Positions 24,290 to 37,378 of a stretch of DNA of 64,000 bases are shown piece after piece. Positions within the stretch are counted from its first letter, which is position 1, and every line of letters starts with the position of its first letter. The position numbers and the translations under genes were made by a program. The stretch is from Octopus sinensis (lineage: Eukaryota): positions 81,778,001 through 81,842,000 of the forward strand of contig NC_043004.1 of NCBI RefSeq assembly GCF_006345805.1, given 5' to 3'. The notes beneath the pieces were generated by a model. That model had not been told where the DNA came from and did no database searches. It saw only the letters and a program-made list of their open reading frames with translations.

Positions 24290-24685
24290 TACGTGTTTCA
24301 GTCATTTGACTGCGGCCATGCGTGAACACCGCCTTTAGTCGAGCAAATCGACCCCAGGACTTATTCTTTGTAAGCCTAATACTTATTCTATCGGTCTCTT
24401 TTTGCCGAACCGCTGAGTTACTGGGACATAAACACACCAGCATCGGTTGTCAAACGATGTTGGAGGGACAAGCACAGACATACAAACATATACACACACA
24501 TACATATTCATATATACAAATATACGACGAGCTTCTTTCAGTTTCCGTTTACCAAATCCACTCACAAGGCTTTGGTTGGCCCGAGGCTTTAGTAGAAGAC
24601 ACTTGCCCAAGGTGTCACGCAGTGGGACTGAACCCGTAACCATGTGGTTAGTAAGCAGGCTACTCACCACACAGCGACTCCTGTA
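24290..24685 (-). mobile_element. SINE family B
   Basis: Full reverse-complement copy with head (aggagtcgctgtgtggtgagtagc...ggttcagtccc) and tail (gcatggccgcagtcaaatgactgaaac). Confidence 0.87.
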
Positions 24686-25242
24686 CCGATATTTGCTTTC
24701 TTTTCTTCATTGAATCTATTCTAAAACATTTAATTCTCTCTATCTCTGTTTAACAAGTAAGAACATAGGTAGAAAAGTAAGAACATAGGTAGAAAAGTTC
24801 CTTAGCATGATGACAGCCACTACACTACATACAGCGTCACAAACCAGCTGCATCATTTTACAACTTTCTCAAACTTATTCAATGTAATTTATTCGTAGTA
24901 TTAAGCAATGTTGTTGTCTGCCACTGAGTTTACGTAGGGTATAAGTAAATTATATATTCAAGTGACTACAAATCTTTAATCTGATTTACTTCCTGAAGTA
25001 ATAACATTCTTCCGAGGATGAAGTGCTGCAGGGGATTACTAAACATGACCATGGATTCGCTTTCTGTTCGTTGTTATATTTACCATAAATATTAAACCTG
25101 AAACATAGAGGAAGCCATGCGACTGTTTACTTACACTTCACAGTCTAAAAGTCTCATATGATGGTCTCTTTCCACTTGCTTTTTTTTACCTTTTTGGGGT
25201 GGGGGCAAACTCCCTTTCTCTCACTTGATCTATCTATCTATA

Positions 25243-25331
<89 letters not shown>

Positions 25332-25641
25332 GTATATATATATATATATAACTCAACTTGTGTGTCTGTGTGTGTATCTGTGTGTGTCTGTGTGTTTAAT
25401 TTCCCGGTACATCTCCTCCTAGCCAACAAATCGTAGAACCACCAAAAATGGGTCACTTAAAGTTTAGGCAAATGAAAATTGAACTGCGCTGTTTCTGTTC
25501 CGAAAATCATCTCGCAAATGCAAAAATCGATAATGTGTTTGTTTAGGCCTTATCCCATGCATTCAATAGTGAACTTTACTCAGTCAGCTGTTTGACGTGA
25601 ACTGTGTTCACCACGCGTGCAAGCATCCGTAAATTGCATGA

Positions 25642-25705
<64 letters not shown>

Positions 25706-25711
25706 TGTGTA

Positions 25712-26095
25712 TGTATATAAAGCTGAAGTTGTCTGTGTGTGGCAGGTTTTATAGCCTTTAACTAACACTATCTCCTCCAAGACCCTGCGGCGCAAGTTGA
25801 CCAAAATTGAAAGTATGATAGAACAAAGCTTGCTCTTCATTCTGTAGAAGAAAAACTTCAAATCGGAGCATGTTAGGACCAAAAATTATTTACATCAAAA
25901 AGGTCCTTTTTTTCTATTGAAATCCCTACTTTTTATGATTTATTGACTGCTGTGTCACCATTTTTCGGTGTATTTAAACCAGTAAAATGTTCACTTAAAG
26001 AGAATAACAAGCTACATAATGCAAATTTTTTTATTTTCAAAAATTCCAATTCTAAAGGGTCGAAACAAACCGAGCAATGCGGGCGATACTGCTTG
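25712..26095 (+). mobile_element. Non-autonomous Helitron-like element
   Basis: Starts (t)gtatataaagctgaagttgtc; ends ccgagcaatgcgggcgatactgCTTG followed by T, resembling the Helitron subterminal hairpin + CTRR end (both termini one base off canonical); no TSD. Confidence 0.5.
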
Positions 26096-26228
26096 TATAT
26101 ATATATATATTATTTATATATAATAATATATAGATATATAATATATATTATATTAGGGAATATTATAAACTTACAGGAAAAAATTCAATTTGGAAATACT
26201 AAATCAAATTTCACAAATATTATATATA

Positions 26229-26629
26229 TTAGAAAAAAAAAACACCTTTTATCAATTCAACAATGAAAAAATTAAATTATACCATATATAAAAAAATTAC
26301 ATCCTAAAGAAAAAATTAAATATAAGATAAAAACATACACCAATGATGAAGTAATGTGCAAAATAATAAATAAAACGTATATATTTAGTAAAATGACTAC
26401 ACGTGTTTCGTGGCTATATTTAAGAAATGATAACAGTAAAATCAATTCAATATAAACACGTGTAGTCATTTTATCAAATATGTTTTATTTATAATTTTGC
26501 ACATTACTTAATCATTGGAATATGTTTTTATCTGATATTCAATTTTTTGTATAGGATGTAATATTTTTCTATATGGTATAATTTAATTTTTTCATTGTTG
26601 AATTGATAAAAAGGTGTTTTTTTTTCTAA
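26229..26629. repeat. AT-rich inverted repeat (~180-bp arms) flanked by (TA)n
   Basis: 26229-26408 is the approximate reverse complement of 26454-26629; the right arm recurs as a solo TA-flanked copy at about 61005-61151. Confidence 0.85.
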
Positions 26630-26648
26630 TTTATATCTATATATATAT

Positions 26649-26740
<92 letters not shown>

Positions 26741-27359
26741 AGATAGATAGATTAGATAGATAGATGAAGATAGATACCACACCAGGGGGAGGCTAGCTGG
26801 CAGAATCGTTAATATGCCGGAAAAAATGTTTAGTGGCGTCTCTTTACATTCTGGTTTCAAATTCCACCGAGGTCGACTATATCTTTCATCCTTTCGGGAT
26901 AGAGAGAATAAGTAGGAATCAAGTACCGGGACTGACTTAATCGATACACCCACTCACTTAAAATTACTGGTCTGGTGCCAAAATTTGAGACCATTGTCTA
27001 TACGAGGGTTGTATGATCAAAATCGCCAGAACAACATACAGGCATTCAAAATACCTTTTGGTATTGATATTCTTTAGCGTTCTTTGTGCTCTGAGTTCTC
27101 TCGTCGACATCGATTTTATTTCTCTATCTCAACTAGATCGATAAAATGAATATTAATCAGGTTGTGGAATAGTTCTAATCGATGGTTTAAAATACCCCTA
27201 AGACAAACATCGATATGATTTAGACGCTGTAAAAAGTTATTTCTAGTTTTCTGCTTATGTAATTTTCTGGTTAAGTCCCACCGAGAGACGGAATTTACCG
27301 CTTCAACATACGAAAGTTTCCGATTTCGATGTATAATGGTCCCCTGCAAGCTTAATCAT

Positions 27360-27406
<47 letters not shown>

Positions 27407-27445
27407 CAAACACACACAAATACATACTTACACATACATACATAA

Positions 27446-27483
<38 letters not shown>

Positions 27484-27589
27484 ACATATATATGAAAGAA
27501 AAAAGGTGCTATACCTTGAAAATCCGCCAGCCCAATATTTTCCCTTCGTGGCAGAATTAATAGTGAAGACTATTTTAGCATTTTATCTG

Positions 27590-27998
27590 ATCAAATTCAT
27601 CCTATGGTAGCGGAACTGTTTCGGTAGGGAAACGCAATCTTTCAGGATGGTAATGCACCAATTCACACACCTAAAGTTGTTACTGATGGCACGAGAAGCA
27701 TTCTAGTGAAGTTGAACACCTTATCTGGTCACCACAGTCCTCAGATCTCAATATTATTGAACATTTATTGTGCGTTTTAGAAAAGCAAGTAAGGAGTCGA
27801 TATCCTCCACCATCATCACTACAAGAACTGGAGACTGTTTTAGGTGAAGAATGGACAAACATTCCTTTAGAAACAATTCAAACTTTGGACGAGTCCATAA
27901 TTCGTAGAATTCAAGCTGTAATTACTGTCAAAGGCGGTCCTACTCCATATTAAAATAAATTTGAAATTTTAAGGTGTTTCCATTATTTTGTCCAACCC
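27590..27998 (+). pseudogene. Tc1-family transposase 3' remnant with right TIR
   Basis: FQDGNAPIHTPKVV...WSPQSSDLNIIEHLLCVLEKQVR...LQELETVL.EEWTNIP...RRIQAVITVKGGPTPY*, then ggtgtttccattattttgtccaaccc. Confidence 0.88.
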
Positions 27999-29203
27999 TT
28001 ACCACGACGTCTATACATTTTTAACCTTGAACTTTCAACCTTGAACTTGTTCGTATAAACTGTCCCGTTCGTTTTATTTTCTCATATATTATCATATATA
28101 TTTTTTTACATTCATTTCATACTTTCCACAATTTCCTGCATTTTTTGTCCTCCTTTCTGTCGTTTCTTCCTTCTCTGGATGTCCCTATTCTGTTTTCTCT
28201 GCTTGCACCCTATTTTTCGCCTCCTTCTTTCTTTCCTTTCTCCATTTGTCCCATCTTCGTTGCCTTTATTTTCTGCCCCTACCGCTTTTTTTATCTAGTT
28301 TTTTTCGAACGATTGTTTTTTTGTTGTTTTTTTCGAACGTTTGTTTTTTCCCCCTTTTTTTCGCTATTCCACCATGCCGGATTTTAAATCCTACTCCTCA
28401 CTATCCACCACCGTTTGAAAGATTACCTCCGCCTACTCCCTCCAAACTGCTTTCAGCCGTCCATTAATCTCTCTCTGCTCCTTTTTAAAAAAACCCGCTT
28501 CTCTAGCCACGTCTCTTTTTAAAGCCGCTGCCTACATCACCGACTCATCCCTAAAGGTTTCCGCCTCCATTTCCACCCTGCTCTCTACTCGGCTTCTTCC
28601 ATCTTACCCATACTCCGCACCACATCTTACCGCCTTATGCGTGCCACCATTCGCTCCAATCTCTCTAAGCTACATACCATCGACTGCCTTCTCCCTCCTG
28701 CTTTTTCCATCTTTCTCTCCTCTCCTCTCTTTCTCTCCTTTCTTTCCATGCTCAAAACACGCTACGCTTCATTATCCATTTAAGTCACCTCTTCCATCAA
28801 TTTCTTTCCAATACCAAACTTCGTAAACTCCAATCACTCCTCTATTCCACCACACCCGACGCCACTACCCCAACTCCTCCACTACCCTTCTCCCCTCCTG
28901 ATAGGCTCCACCCACCCACACTTAACCCCACTGTCCCTCCTAACAACCCCCCACACACCTCCCCAATCCCTCCCCCTCAGACCTCCACCAGCCCTACCAC
29001 CCCTCCTACTCCTACTCCCATTCCATCCACCCCTCATACTTCTATTCCACCCACCCCTTCTCCACTTCCGTCTGTTATTACCATTCCCCCTGATCTTCCC
29101 CTCTCTGCGGCGGAACGCTCCGTCCTCAGTAGGGGGTCTGCGTTTCAAACCCCTCACTCCATCCTGTAAGGAATTCCAGACGCGTGCTGATGTCCACAGC
29201 TTT

Positions 29204-30739
29204 GTGCGCCGCGTCAGGTTGGGTGCGTTTTTCCGCGACTCACCACCCGCATCCAACGATGAGGACTGCTTCACTGACCTGGGCCGCCGACTATCCCTGT
29301 GGACGCCTGCCCCCGGCCAGTTCCTAGCAGTGGATCTTTTCGCGGGCGCCTGTCAGCGCGCGTTGGAGCGGTTCAACTTCTCCAGGCGCCACCGCCGCCT
29401 CAACATCTCGGCTCTTCGTTCCCTCCAACGGCACGCTGACATTATCATCAAACCGGCTGACAAGGTTGGAGCTGTGGTGGTGTGGTGCGCGGACCTCTAC
29501 AGGGCCGAGGCGCTCCGCCAACTCAATGACACCTCCTTCTACTCCCCTCTGTCGTCTAACCCCACGCGTAGCTACCAACAGACGGTATCCTCTACTGTCC
29601 ACGACCTCATCTCGTCCTCCCGTCTCCCCCACACTGCATCCAACCTCATTGTGCGAACCCCACGCACCCCCACCATTTACTTCCTCCCCAAAATCCCCAA
29701 AACCAACAACCCTGGCCGCCCCATCGTCTCCGCCTGTAACTGCCCCACGGAGCTCATCTCAAAATACCTCGACCGTGTCCTTGCCCCCTTAGTGGCAACT
29801 CTTCCCTCCAACATCCACGACACCAACCATGCTCACCGGCTTTTCAACTCTTTCTCCTTTCCTCCCGGCTCCTCCAAAATACTTTTTACAATGGACATCC
29901 AGAGCCTCTATACCGTCATCCCTCACCACGAAGGACTGCGGACACTTCAACACTTTTTCGACCTCCTCCCCAACCCCGAACCCGACACCTCCACACTCAT
30001 TCGTCTGGCCGAACTTGTCCTTTCTCTTAACTGCTTCTCGTTCGCGGGTGAGTTCTACCAACAGTTCCCAGGAGTGGCCATGGGAACGCGAAGGGGCCCC
30101 AACTATGCGAACCTGTTCGTTGGCTATGTTGAGGCCCAAATATTCTCTAGTTTCACTGGTCCCACTCCCGAACTATACGGTCGTTACATTGACGACATTA
30201 CCGGTGCTACCTCACTCTCCCGTGAACATCTAGATTCCTTCCTCTCTTTCGTTCAATCCTTCCATCCTGCCCTCCACTTCACCTCCACTATATCCAACAC
30301 CTCTGTCTCCTTCCTCGACATTTCGGTCAGCATTCATCACTCCACTCTTACCACTTCCATTCACTACAAACACACAGACTCACACTCATACCTCAACTTC
30401 TCTTCCTCCCACCCCAAACACACCAAGCTTTCCATCCCCTATTCCCAATTCCTCCGTCTACGTAGGCTCTGTAGTGACGACCATGACTTTGAGACTCAGT
30501 CTCAACTCATGGCTCGCCACTTCATCCTACGTGGATACCCCCTCACCACTATCCACACCGCCCTTGCCAGAGCACGTTCCGTAGACCGTGCATCTGTTCT
30601 CTCTCTCCCGACCCGCCATGTAGTCTCCCGCCTCCCTTTTCCCCTCACTTTTACCACCCCCGACCCTACCTCTCCAACGCCCATTCTTCGAGCTTTCCGG
30701 CATCTCCAGTCGACCCGTCACTTCACACCTCTTCTCTAA
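29204..30739 (+). CDS. PLE reverse transcriptase (frameshifted at both ends)
   Basis: IKPADKVGAVV, YFLPKIPK..NPGRPIVS, MDIQSLYT, GVAMGTRRGPNYANLF, YGRYIDD, SFLDI, YKHTDSHSYLNFSSSHP: full PLE RT motif series. Confidence 0.92.
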   Translation: MRRVRLGAFFRDSPPASNDEDCFTDLGRRLSLWTPAPGQFLAVDLFAGACQRALERFNFSRRHRRLNISALRSLQRHADIIIKPADKVGAVVVWCADLYRAEALRQLNDTSFYSPLSSNPTRSYQQTVSSTVHDLISSSRLPHTASNLIVRTPRTPTIYFLPKIPKTNNPGRPIVSACNCPTELISKYLDRVLAPLVATLPSNIHDTNHAHRLFNSFSFPPGSSKILFTMDIQSLYTVIPHHEGLRTLQHFFDLLPNPEPDTSTLIRLAELVLSLNCFSFAGEFYQQFPGVAMGTRRGPNYANLFVGYVEAQIFSSFTGPTPELYGRYIDDITGATSLSREHLDSFLSFVQSFHPALHFTSTISNTSVSFLDISVSIHHSTLTTSIHYKHTDSHSYLNFSSSHPKHTKLSIPYSQFLRLRRLCSDDHDFETQSQLMARHFILRGYPLTTIHTALARARSVDRASVLSLPTRHVVSRLPFPLTFTTPDPTSPTPILRAFRHLQSTRHFTPLL

Positions 30740-30789
30740 CCGACCCCTCCCCTCCTTCAAACGAGCCCATAACCTACGAGACCTCTTGG

Positions 30790-31283
30790 TCCACAGCTCC
30801 TCCCTGACCCTACCTCCCAACCTGCTCGTTCCCATGCTCCCGCCACGTTGCCGCACACTTGCCCTTACCTCTCCAACACCACCTCCTCACTGGCACCCAT
30901 CATCGACCCTATCGCATCATCAACACCTTTACCTGCACCTCCAGCAATATCATCTATTGCATCTCCTGCTCTCTCTGCTATTCCCTGTACATCGGACAAA
31001 CGGGACGCCGCTTGGCTGACCGTTCGCGGAACACCTCCGTGACATCCGCCTTGTCAACGACACACCGGTCTCACGCCATTTCCGCTCCACCGGTCACTCC
31101 TTGCAACACCTGTCTGTGTTCGGATTGTCCTTGCACAGAGGCCATCCGGATTCCCGTTTGCGCCGTGAACAGGAATTAATCTTCTCTCTTCGCTCTTATA
31201 CGCCATTTGGTCTCAACTCTCCCCCCTTCTCATCTAACCTCCCCCTATCATCTAACCTCCCCTCGACTCCTACTTCTCTTTAG
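30790..31283 (+). pseudogene. PLE Zn-linker + GIY-YIG endonuclease (frameshifted)
   Basis: CSFPCSRPRCRTCPYL, then FTCTSSNIIYCISCSLCYSLYIGQTGRRLADR, and in another frame RLRREQELIFSLRSYTPFGLN. Confidence 0.88.
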
Positions 31284-31969
31284 TCCTTCATCTTTTCACC
31301 CCTACTCTCTTTCCCTCCTCTTCTTTCCTCTTTCTTCTTCCCTCTTCCCCTCCTCTCTTTCTCTCTGCTCCTTCACCCCCTTCTCTCCCCCTCCCCTCCT
31401 CTTCTCATCCCCCTCCTTCTCTTCCTCTCTCCCCCTCTCACCCACCCCCACCCTCCCCTCCTCTCCTTCCTTCTTCCTTCACCCCCTCACCCCTTCATCT
31501 CATCTCATCTCATCTCTCCCCTCCCCCTCATCTCTCTTCCCTCCTCCACTCCTATCTCTTCCCTCCCCCTTTCACTCTCCCCCCACAACCCCCACTCTAC
31601 CACCCCAAACCCAGCCGAACCCACACCCCACATGGGCTTTCCCCACCTCCCCACCCCCTCAACATCACACCACACTACACTACACTACACCATACGACAC
31701 TACACTACGCCATACGACATTACACATCACATCATACATACATACACCCGTCCAGACCTTTCATACGCACATACATACTCTCTCATACACACACGCACCC
31801 TTATGTTGGGGCGAGGTCATTTGACCCTGTTATCTCCCCTACTATCCCTCTTGCGTCTAATGTTTGATTTCTGACTTCTGGCCGAAATCAGACCGCCATG
31901 TTGAATTGTTAGCTCCTGCAGGCATTTTTTTTTCTCTCCTTGTTTCTCTCCGTGTTTCTTTTCTGTGTA

Positions 31970-32007
31970 TCTTTCTGTTGAAGAGCGTAGGCTCGAAACG
32001 TAAAAGA
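31970..32007 (+). ncRNA. Minimal type I hammerhead-like motif (CUGUUGA core) in the pLTR of the PLE
   Basis: tcttt CTGTTGA a GAGC gtag GCTC GAAA cgt A aaaga; GUA triplet. Confidence 0.72.
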
Positions 32008-33038
32008 CTTGTTTTATTTCTATTCCTGAGCGCCATACTAATACAATTGTTTGTTTGTACTCCATCTACCTTCGTCTTTTGTTTATTTTCGTAAAGCTTC
32101 CCGTTATATATATATATATATATATATACACATACATGTATATATACGTATATATTATATGTGTCTGTATATATCTGCGTCTGTATATGTGTTTATATAT
32201 ATGAATAGATGTATAGTGTTTGTCCCTACTTCTGCTTGGGAACCGGTGTTGGCTTTTTTACATCCCCATAATTGGCGGTTTGGCAAAAGAGACGGATAGA
32301 ATAAACAGCTGACGTAAAAATTAAGTAGTGAAGTCGTTTGCTTGACCAAACCTTTTAGCTGTTGACCCAGAATGGCCGCAGTCCAATGGCTGAAGCGAGC
32401 AAAAGAATAAAGGAGAAAAAGTTCAAAGATGTTATTAAACGAAACATTTTCCGTAAATAACAATTTAAGCAAATAGAGAGAGAGGCAAGCAAAGAAAGAA
32501 AGAAAGAAAGAAAGAGGGAGTGAAAGAAAGAGAAAAAGAGAGAAATTTATTTGATTTTAAATCGATCGATACTTCATTGAAGCAAAATTGAATTAAAAAT
32601 CCGAATCAAAGGATTTTTTTAAAAGAACCGTGTTGTACCAATATTATTTCGTGTATCATATTCTTTAATTTTAACAATGCACTCCCGTTCCATAGCTTCC
32701 CAGGTAGTTTTCCCCACACCGCCATCAGGATAGTAACAGCTGTCTGCAGTTTCCGGCGCACCATCTTTCTAACAATCCTATCTTAATTCTATATCTAGCT
32801 TCATCACCGCATATATCTTTGGGCGGATATTGAATGAATGCGGTTAAGTGATTGATGCTGTATTTTGATGATATTATTTCAGAATGGAATTGTATTGATC
32901 CTGAGTTTACAAGGAATTGTTATTCATTCATTCGTAGTAATTATGTGTGTTTATATATGGTATAAACACATACGCGCGCGTACGCGCATATAAACTGAAA
33001 ACGATTTCATTTATCTATAATCTTTCTCTACATATATA

Positions 33039-33076
<38 letters not shown>

Positions 33077-33126
33077 AATTTACATTCATGTGTTGGTGTA
33101 CGTGCAGCGCTACGTACAATTTGGTG

Positions 33127-33158
<32 letters not shown>

Positions 33159-33734
33159 TATATATATAAATACACATATATATATACTCATATATATATA
33201 TATATATACATACACACACACACATATATATATATATATAGGGAGAGAGGGAGAGAGAGAAATCTTTATATGTTACATGACTAGATGTTTTCTATTTGCT
33301 TACAAACTCCGTATTTCCATCAGTCGTGTTTGTAGAAGTGAACTTTCATTATTATCTCTATATGGAAGGTTGATGAGCACTTGAAGCTTCGCAGCTATGT
33401 TCGCAAAAGCCGTTTACAATGTCGGATGTTATATTTATGTCGCAATGGATATTACTTTTCGCTACGTTAGGTTATCTTTCTTATCTTCGATGTACGAGTC
33501 GAAATAACGGAACCGTTCAACAGATTTTCATGGCACTCAATCAAACGTTTGGAGCCTTATATTCGGTTACTTTTGATATGGAGAATCTAGGTTTTATTTG
33601 CGTTGATCTTCAAAATCCAGTAATGTTCACCTTACCATGATAGGTCATCGGAATGCTATTTGTTATTAGTCGTACATATCAAAGGTAACAATTTCTTTAA
33701 CAAAGGTAGAATGACTTTGAGTATTTCTAATATA

Positions 33735-34820
33735 GGTTTCGAGAGGTGACACAAAACCAGCAATATCGAGGTAGGGGTAAGTTGACTACATCCATCTCAG
33801 CGTTTAACTGGTACTTATTTTATCGATCCCGAAAGGATGAAGGGCAAAGTCGACCTCGGCGACTATTGAACTCAATATGTAAAGACGAATGAAATGCCGC
33901 AAACTGTTTTCTCTTTTTGCCTGGCGTGCTAACGATTCTTATTTCTTTATTGCCCACAAGGGGCTCAACATAGAGAGGACAAACAAGGACATTAAGTTGA
34001 TTACATCGACCCCAGTGCGTAACTGGTACTTAATCTATCGACCCCGAAAGGATGAAAGGCAAAGTCGAGCTCGGCGGAATTTGAACTCAGAGCGTAAAGA
34101 CAGATAAAATGCCGCTAAGCATTTCGCCCGGCATGCTAACGATTCTTCCAGCTCCCCGCCCTCAAGAATTTCTAATATTAATGAATTAAGGCAGCAAGTT
34201 GGCAGAAACGTTAGAAAGCCGAGCGAAATGCTTAGCGGTGTTTCGTCTGCCGTTACGTTCTGAGTTCAAATTCCGCCGAGGTCAACTTTGCCTTTCATCC
34301 TTTCGGGGTCGATAAATTAAGTACCAGTTACGCACTGGGGTCAATGTAATAGACTTAATCCCTTTGTCTGTCCTTGTTTGTCCCCTTTATGTTTAGCTCC
34401 TTGTGGGTAATAAAGGAATAAGAACCGTTAGCACGCTGGACGAAATGCTTCGCAGTATTTCGCCCGTCGCTCCGTTTTGAGTTCAAAATCCGCCGAGATC
34501 GACTTTGTCTTTCATCATTTCAGGGTCGATAAACTAAGAACCAGTTGCGTACAGAGTCGAGCTAATCATCAGGCCCACCTCTCCACTCCAGATTTAAGGC
34601 CTTGTGCCTATAGTAGAAATAAATATTACTGAAGCTGGCATTTCATCCGTCTTAATGTTCTGAGTTCAAATTCCCCGAGGCCAACTTTGCCTTTCATCCT
34701 TTCGGAGTCGACAAAATTAGCAGATTGATCACTGGAGTGGATGCAATCGACTTACCACCCACCCACCCACACCCACCTCACACGAAAATACTGGCCTTGT
34801 GCCAAAGTTTGAATCCAATA
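33735..34820. mobile_element. Divergent SINE family A arrays (minus-strand dimer 33735-34162; plus-strand multimer 34188-34820)
   Basis: Heads point away from each other about 25 nt apart; internal units joined by the cccttgtgggt..taaag.aata linker. Confidence 0.85.
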
Positions 34821-34824
34821 TTAA

Positions 34825-35346
34825 CCCATTAACTGCCAAATTTCCCCATTCGTATTTTTTGGCTTTGCCAGATATCTTAGCAGTTAAAATAATATATAGT
34901 ATTTAAATTTTCGTCATATGCGAATTATTTTGGAAATTTTGATAAATTTTTGTCGAAAAGTCCCACATCGGGATCGCCGACAAAAAGCATATTTATTCTT
35001 TTCTATTCAATTACATCAATAAACATTTTAGTTTTGTTTTAAACTATAGAATCAAATGTGAATGCGTCTGAAATATCAATGAATGATATAGATGAGAAAT
35101 GCAAGAAAAGAAAAAAGTCTTTTCAAAACAGTCAATATTTTTCTAGTTCAAAAATTGCGTTTTATGACATAAAATGTCTTCTAGAATTAACCAGAGCTAA
35201 TAATGACAAACTTTGATTACTAAATATTGTTTAACACACCTGTACAAATGCAATGTACAGAAGCAATTTAATTCAAATACAACGAACAACCGACAGTGAG
35301 ATTGTTTTTAGCAGATCCCCAAATGGGGTTCATGGCAGGAAATGAG
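34825..35346. mobile_element. piggyBac-like non-autonomous element
   Basis: TTAA at 34821-34824 and 35347-35350; ends cccattaactgcca / tggcaggaaatgag (imperfect TIR, about 10/14). Confidence 0.65.
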
Positions 35347-35625
35347 TTAATGAATCGTTTCTTGTTTGACAGAGCTGTTAGTGCAACAAGTCACATAAAT
35401 TGAGGTAGTTAGTTACGTAGTTATGTACTTCAAGTTCAATTCACTCTCACTTGACTTCGCTTTTCGTAATTCCAAATTCAAGAAAAGGAATTAAGGCGGC
35501 GAGCTGGCAGAATCGTTAGCCCGCTGGAAGAAATGATTAAAAACAAAGTGAGATTGAAGTAATCTTCTGTATCCATTCTCTAAATTTGAAACAGTCTCAG
35601 TTGTAATTCAATATTATCTGCACTT

Positions 35626-36625
35626 AAGGCGGCGAGCTGGCAGAAACATTAACACGCCGGGTGGTATATCGTCTGTCTTTACGTTCTGAGTTTAAATTCC
35701 GCCGAGGTCGACTTAGCCTTTCATCCTTTCGGGGTCTATTAAATAAGTACAAGTGAGGCACTGGGGTCGATGTAATCGACTTAAACCCTTTGTCTGTCCT
35801 TGTTTTCCCCCCTCTATGTTTAGCCCCTTGTGAGCAATAACGAAATAAGAAACGTTAGCACGCTGGGTGAAATGCTTAGCGTTATTTCGTTTGCCGTAAC
35901 GTTCTGAGTTCAAATTCCGCCGAGGTTGACTTTACCTTTCATCCTTTCGGGGTCGATAAATTAAGTACCAGTTACGCACTGGGGCTGATATAATTGACTT
36001 AATCCCTTTGTCTGTCCTTGTTTAGCCCCTTGTGGGTAGTAAAGAAATAGGTATTTCGTCTGTCGTTACGTTCTGAGTTCAAATTCCGCCGAGGTTGATT
36101 TTGCCTTTTATCTTTTTGGGGTCGATAAATTAAGTGCCAGTTGCGTACTGGGGTCGATCTAATCGACTGACCCCCTCCCCCCAAATTTCGGGCCTTGTGC
36201 CTAGAGTAGAAAAGAATATTATGTGCACTTGATATTGCGTCTGTCTTTGCGTTCTGAGTTCAAATTCCGCCGAGGTCGGCTTTGCCTCTCATCCTTTCGG
36301 GGTCGATGAATTAAGTACCAATTGCGTACTGGCGTCGATCTAATCGTCTGATCCCACCCCAAAAATTTCGAGCCTTGTGCTTAGAATAGAAAAGAATATT
36401 ATTTGCACTTAAGTATTATAATTTGAAACCAATATTATCTGTGGCAAAGGCGACGAGCTGGCAGAATCGGTAACATACCGGAAAAAATGCTTAACGACAT
36501 TTCGTCCGTACTTACGTTCTCAGTCGACTTTGCTTTTCATCCTTTCGAAGGTCGATAAAATAAGTACCAGTTGGGCACAGGGGTCGATGTAATCGACTTA
36601 ACCATTATTCCGAAATTGCTTCTCT
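35626..36625 (+). mobile_element. SINE family A multimer plus adjacent monomer
   Basis: At least four core repeats (gttctgagttcaaattccgccgagg) in tandem, then a new head at about 36446. Confidence 0.87.
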
Positions 36626-36701
36626 GCCCTAGGTGTACGGAAAACACTCGGCGAGAAATGGAAGAAAATTTGAAAAAGGAAAAATAATAATAATAATAAT
36701 C

Positions 36702-36761
<60 letters not shown>

Positions 36762-37315
36762 GCCCTGATGCAGTACCAGGCAGTGGCTCTCATGGCTTCT
36801 GATCTTAACTGATTGGAAGTGTTATCATGTACATTGTTTTGTCTTGGTATAAAAGATGGGCTACAGCAAATATTCTGCTCAATACCACAGATTTGCTTGT
36901 CAGTTGTTTGACCTTAACCAGTTGAGCATGTCCCTTAGTGGCTGACGATATGTGCATCTCTGATCACGAGCAGAAGTAGTGGGGGAGCATCATGGCCATG
37001 TGTTGAGAGGGATTCTTTGGAGTTTGAATGGTTCACCTCTGGAAACATAGGTGTTTCGTTCAACATCCTAAAGCAACCCTTATTCAAGGACCGTTTGAGC
37101 AGGATGGGCTACTCAACCTGAAGAAAATTCTAACTGGGCCCCACCTGCAAGGTCATGTGCTGTTTATCTTGATATGAGATCACCATGTCGCGCACATATG
37201 GTTGTGATGAATGTGCCTGGTGTACCTTTATCAGACGGGTGGTCATGATGGGTATATTGGGCTTCGTATATTTTACCCCAGTGTCACTTTGATGGCATGA
37301 ACTGCTCTCTCACTC
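36762..37315 (+). mobile_element. ~550-bp (AAT)n-embedded element (copy 2 of 3)
   Basis: (AAT)n|gccctgatgcagtaccaggc...actgctctctcactc|(AAT)n. Confidence 0.87.
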
Positions 37316-37339
37316 AATAATAATAATAATAATAAATAT

Positions 37340-37378
<39 letters not shown>

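Larger units (their letters stand above)
29090..32107 (+). mobile_element. Near full-length Penelope-like element (Neptune-type), family A
   Basis: N-terminal LSAAERSVLS.GLRFKP, RT, CSRPRCRTC linker, GIY-YIG, pyrimidine-rich 3' UTR and pLTR with HHR, ending gcttcccgtta|(TA)n; 5' limit uncertain (C/T-rich sequence continues to about 28000). Confidence 0.93.

Noticed and set aside
33419-33640. 73-aa ORF that looks secreted (MSQWILLFATLGY..., NGT/NQT)
   Set aside because: It overlaps a repeat-like motif (ccgttcaacagattttcatg) and has no promoter or splice support.
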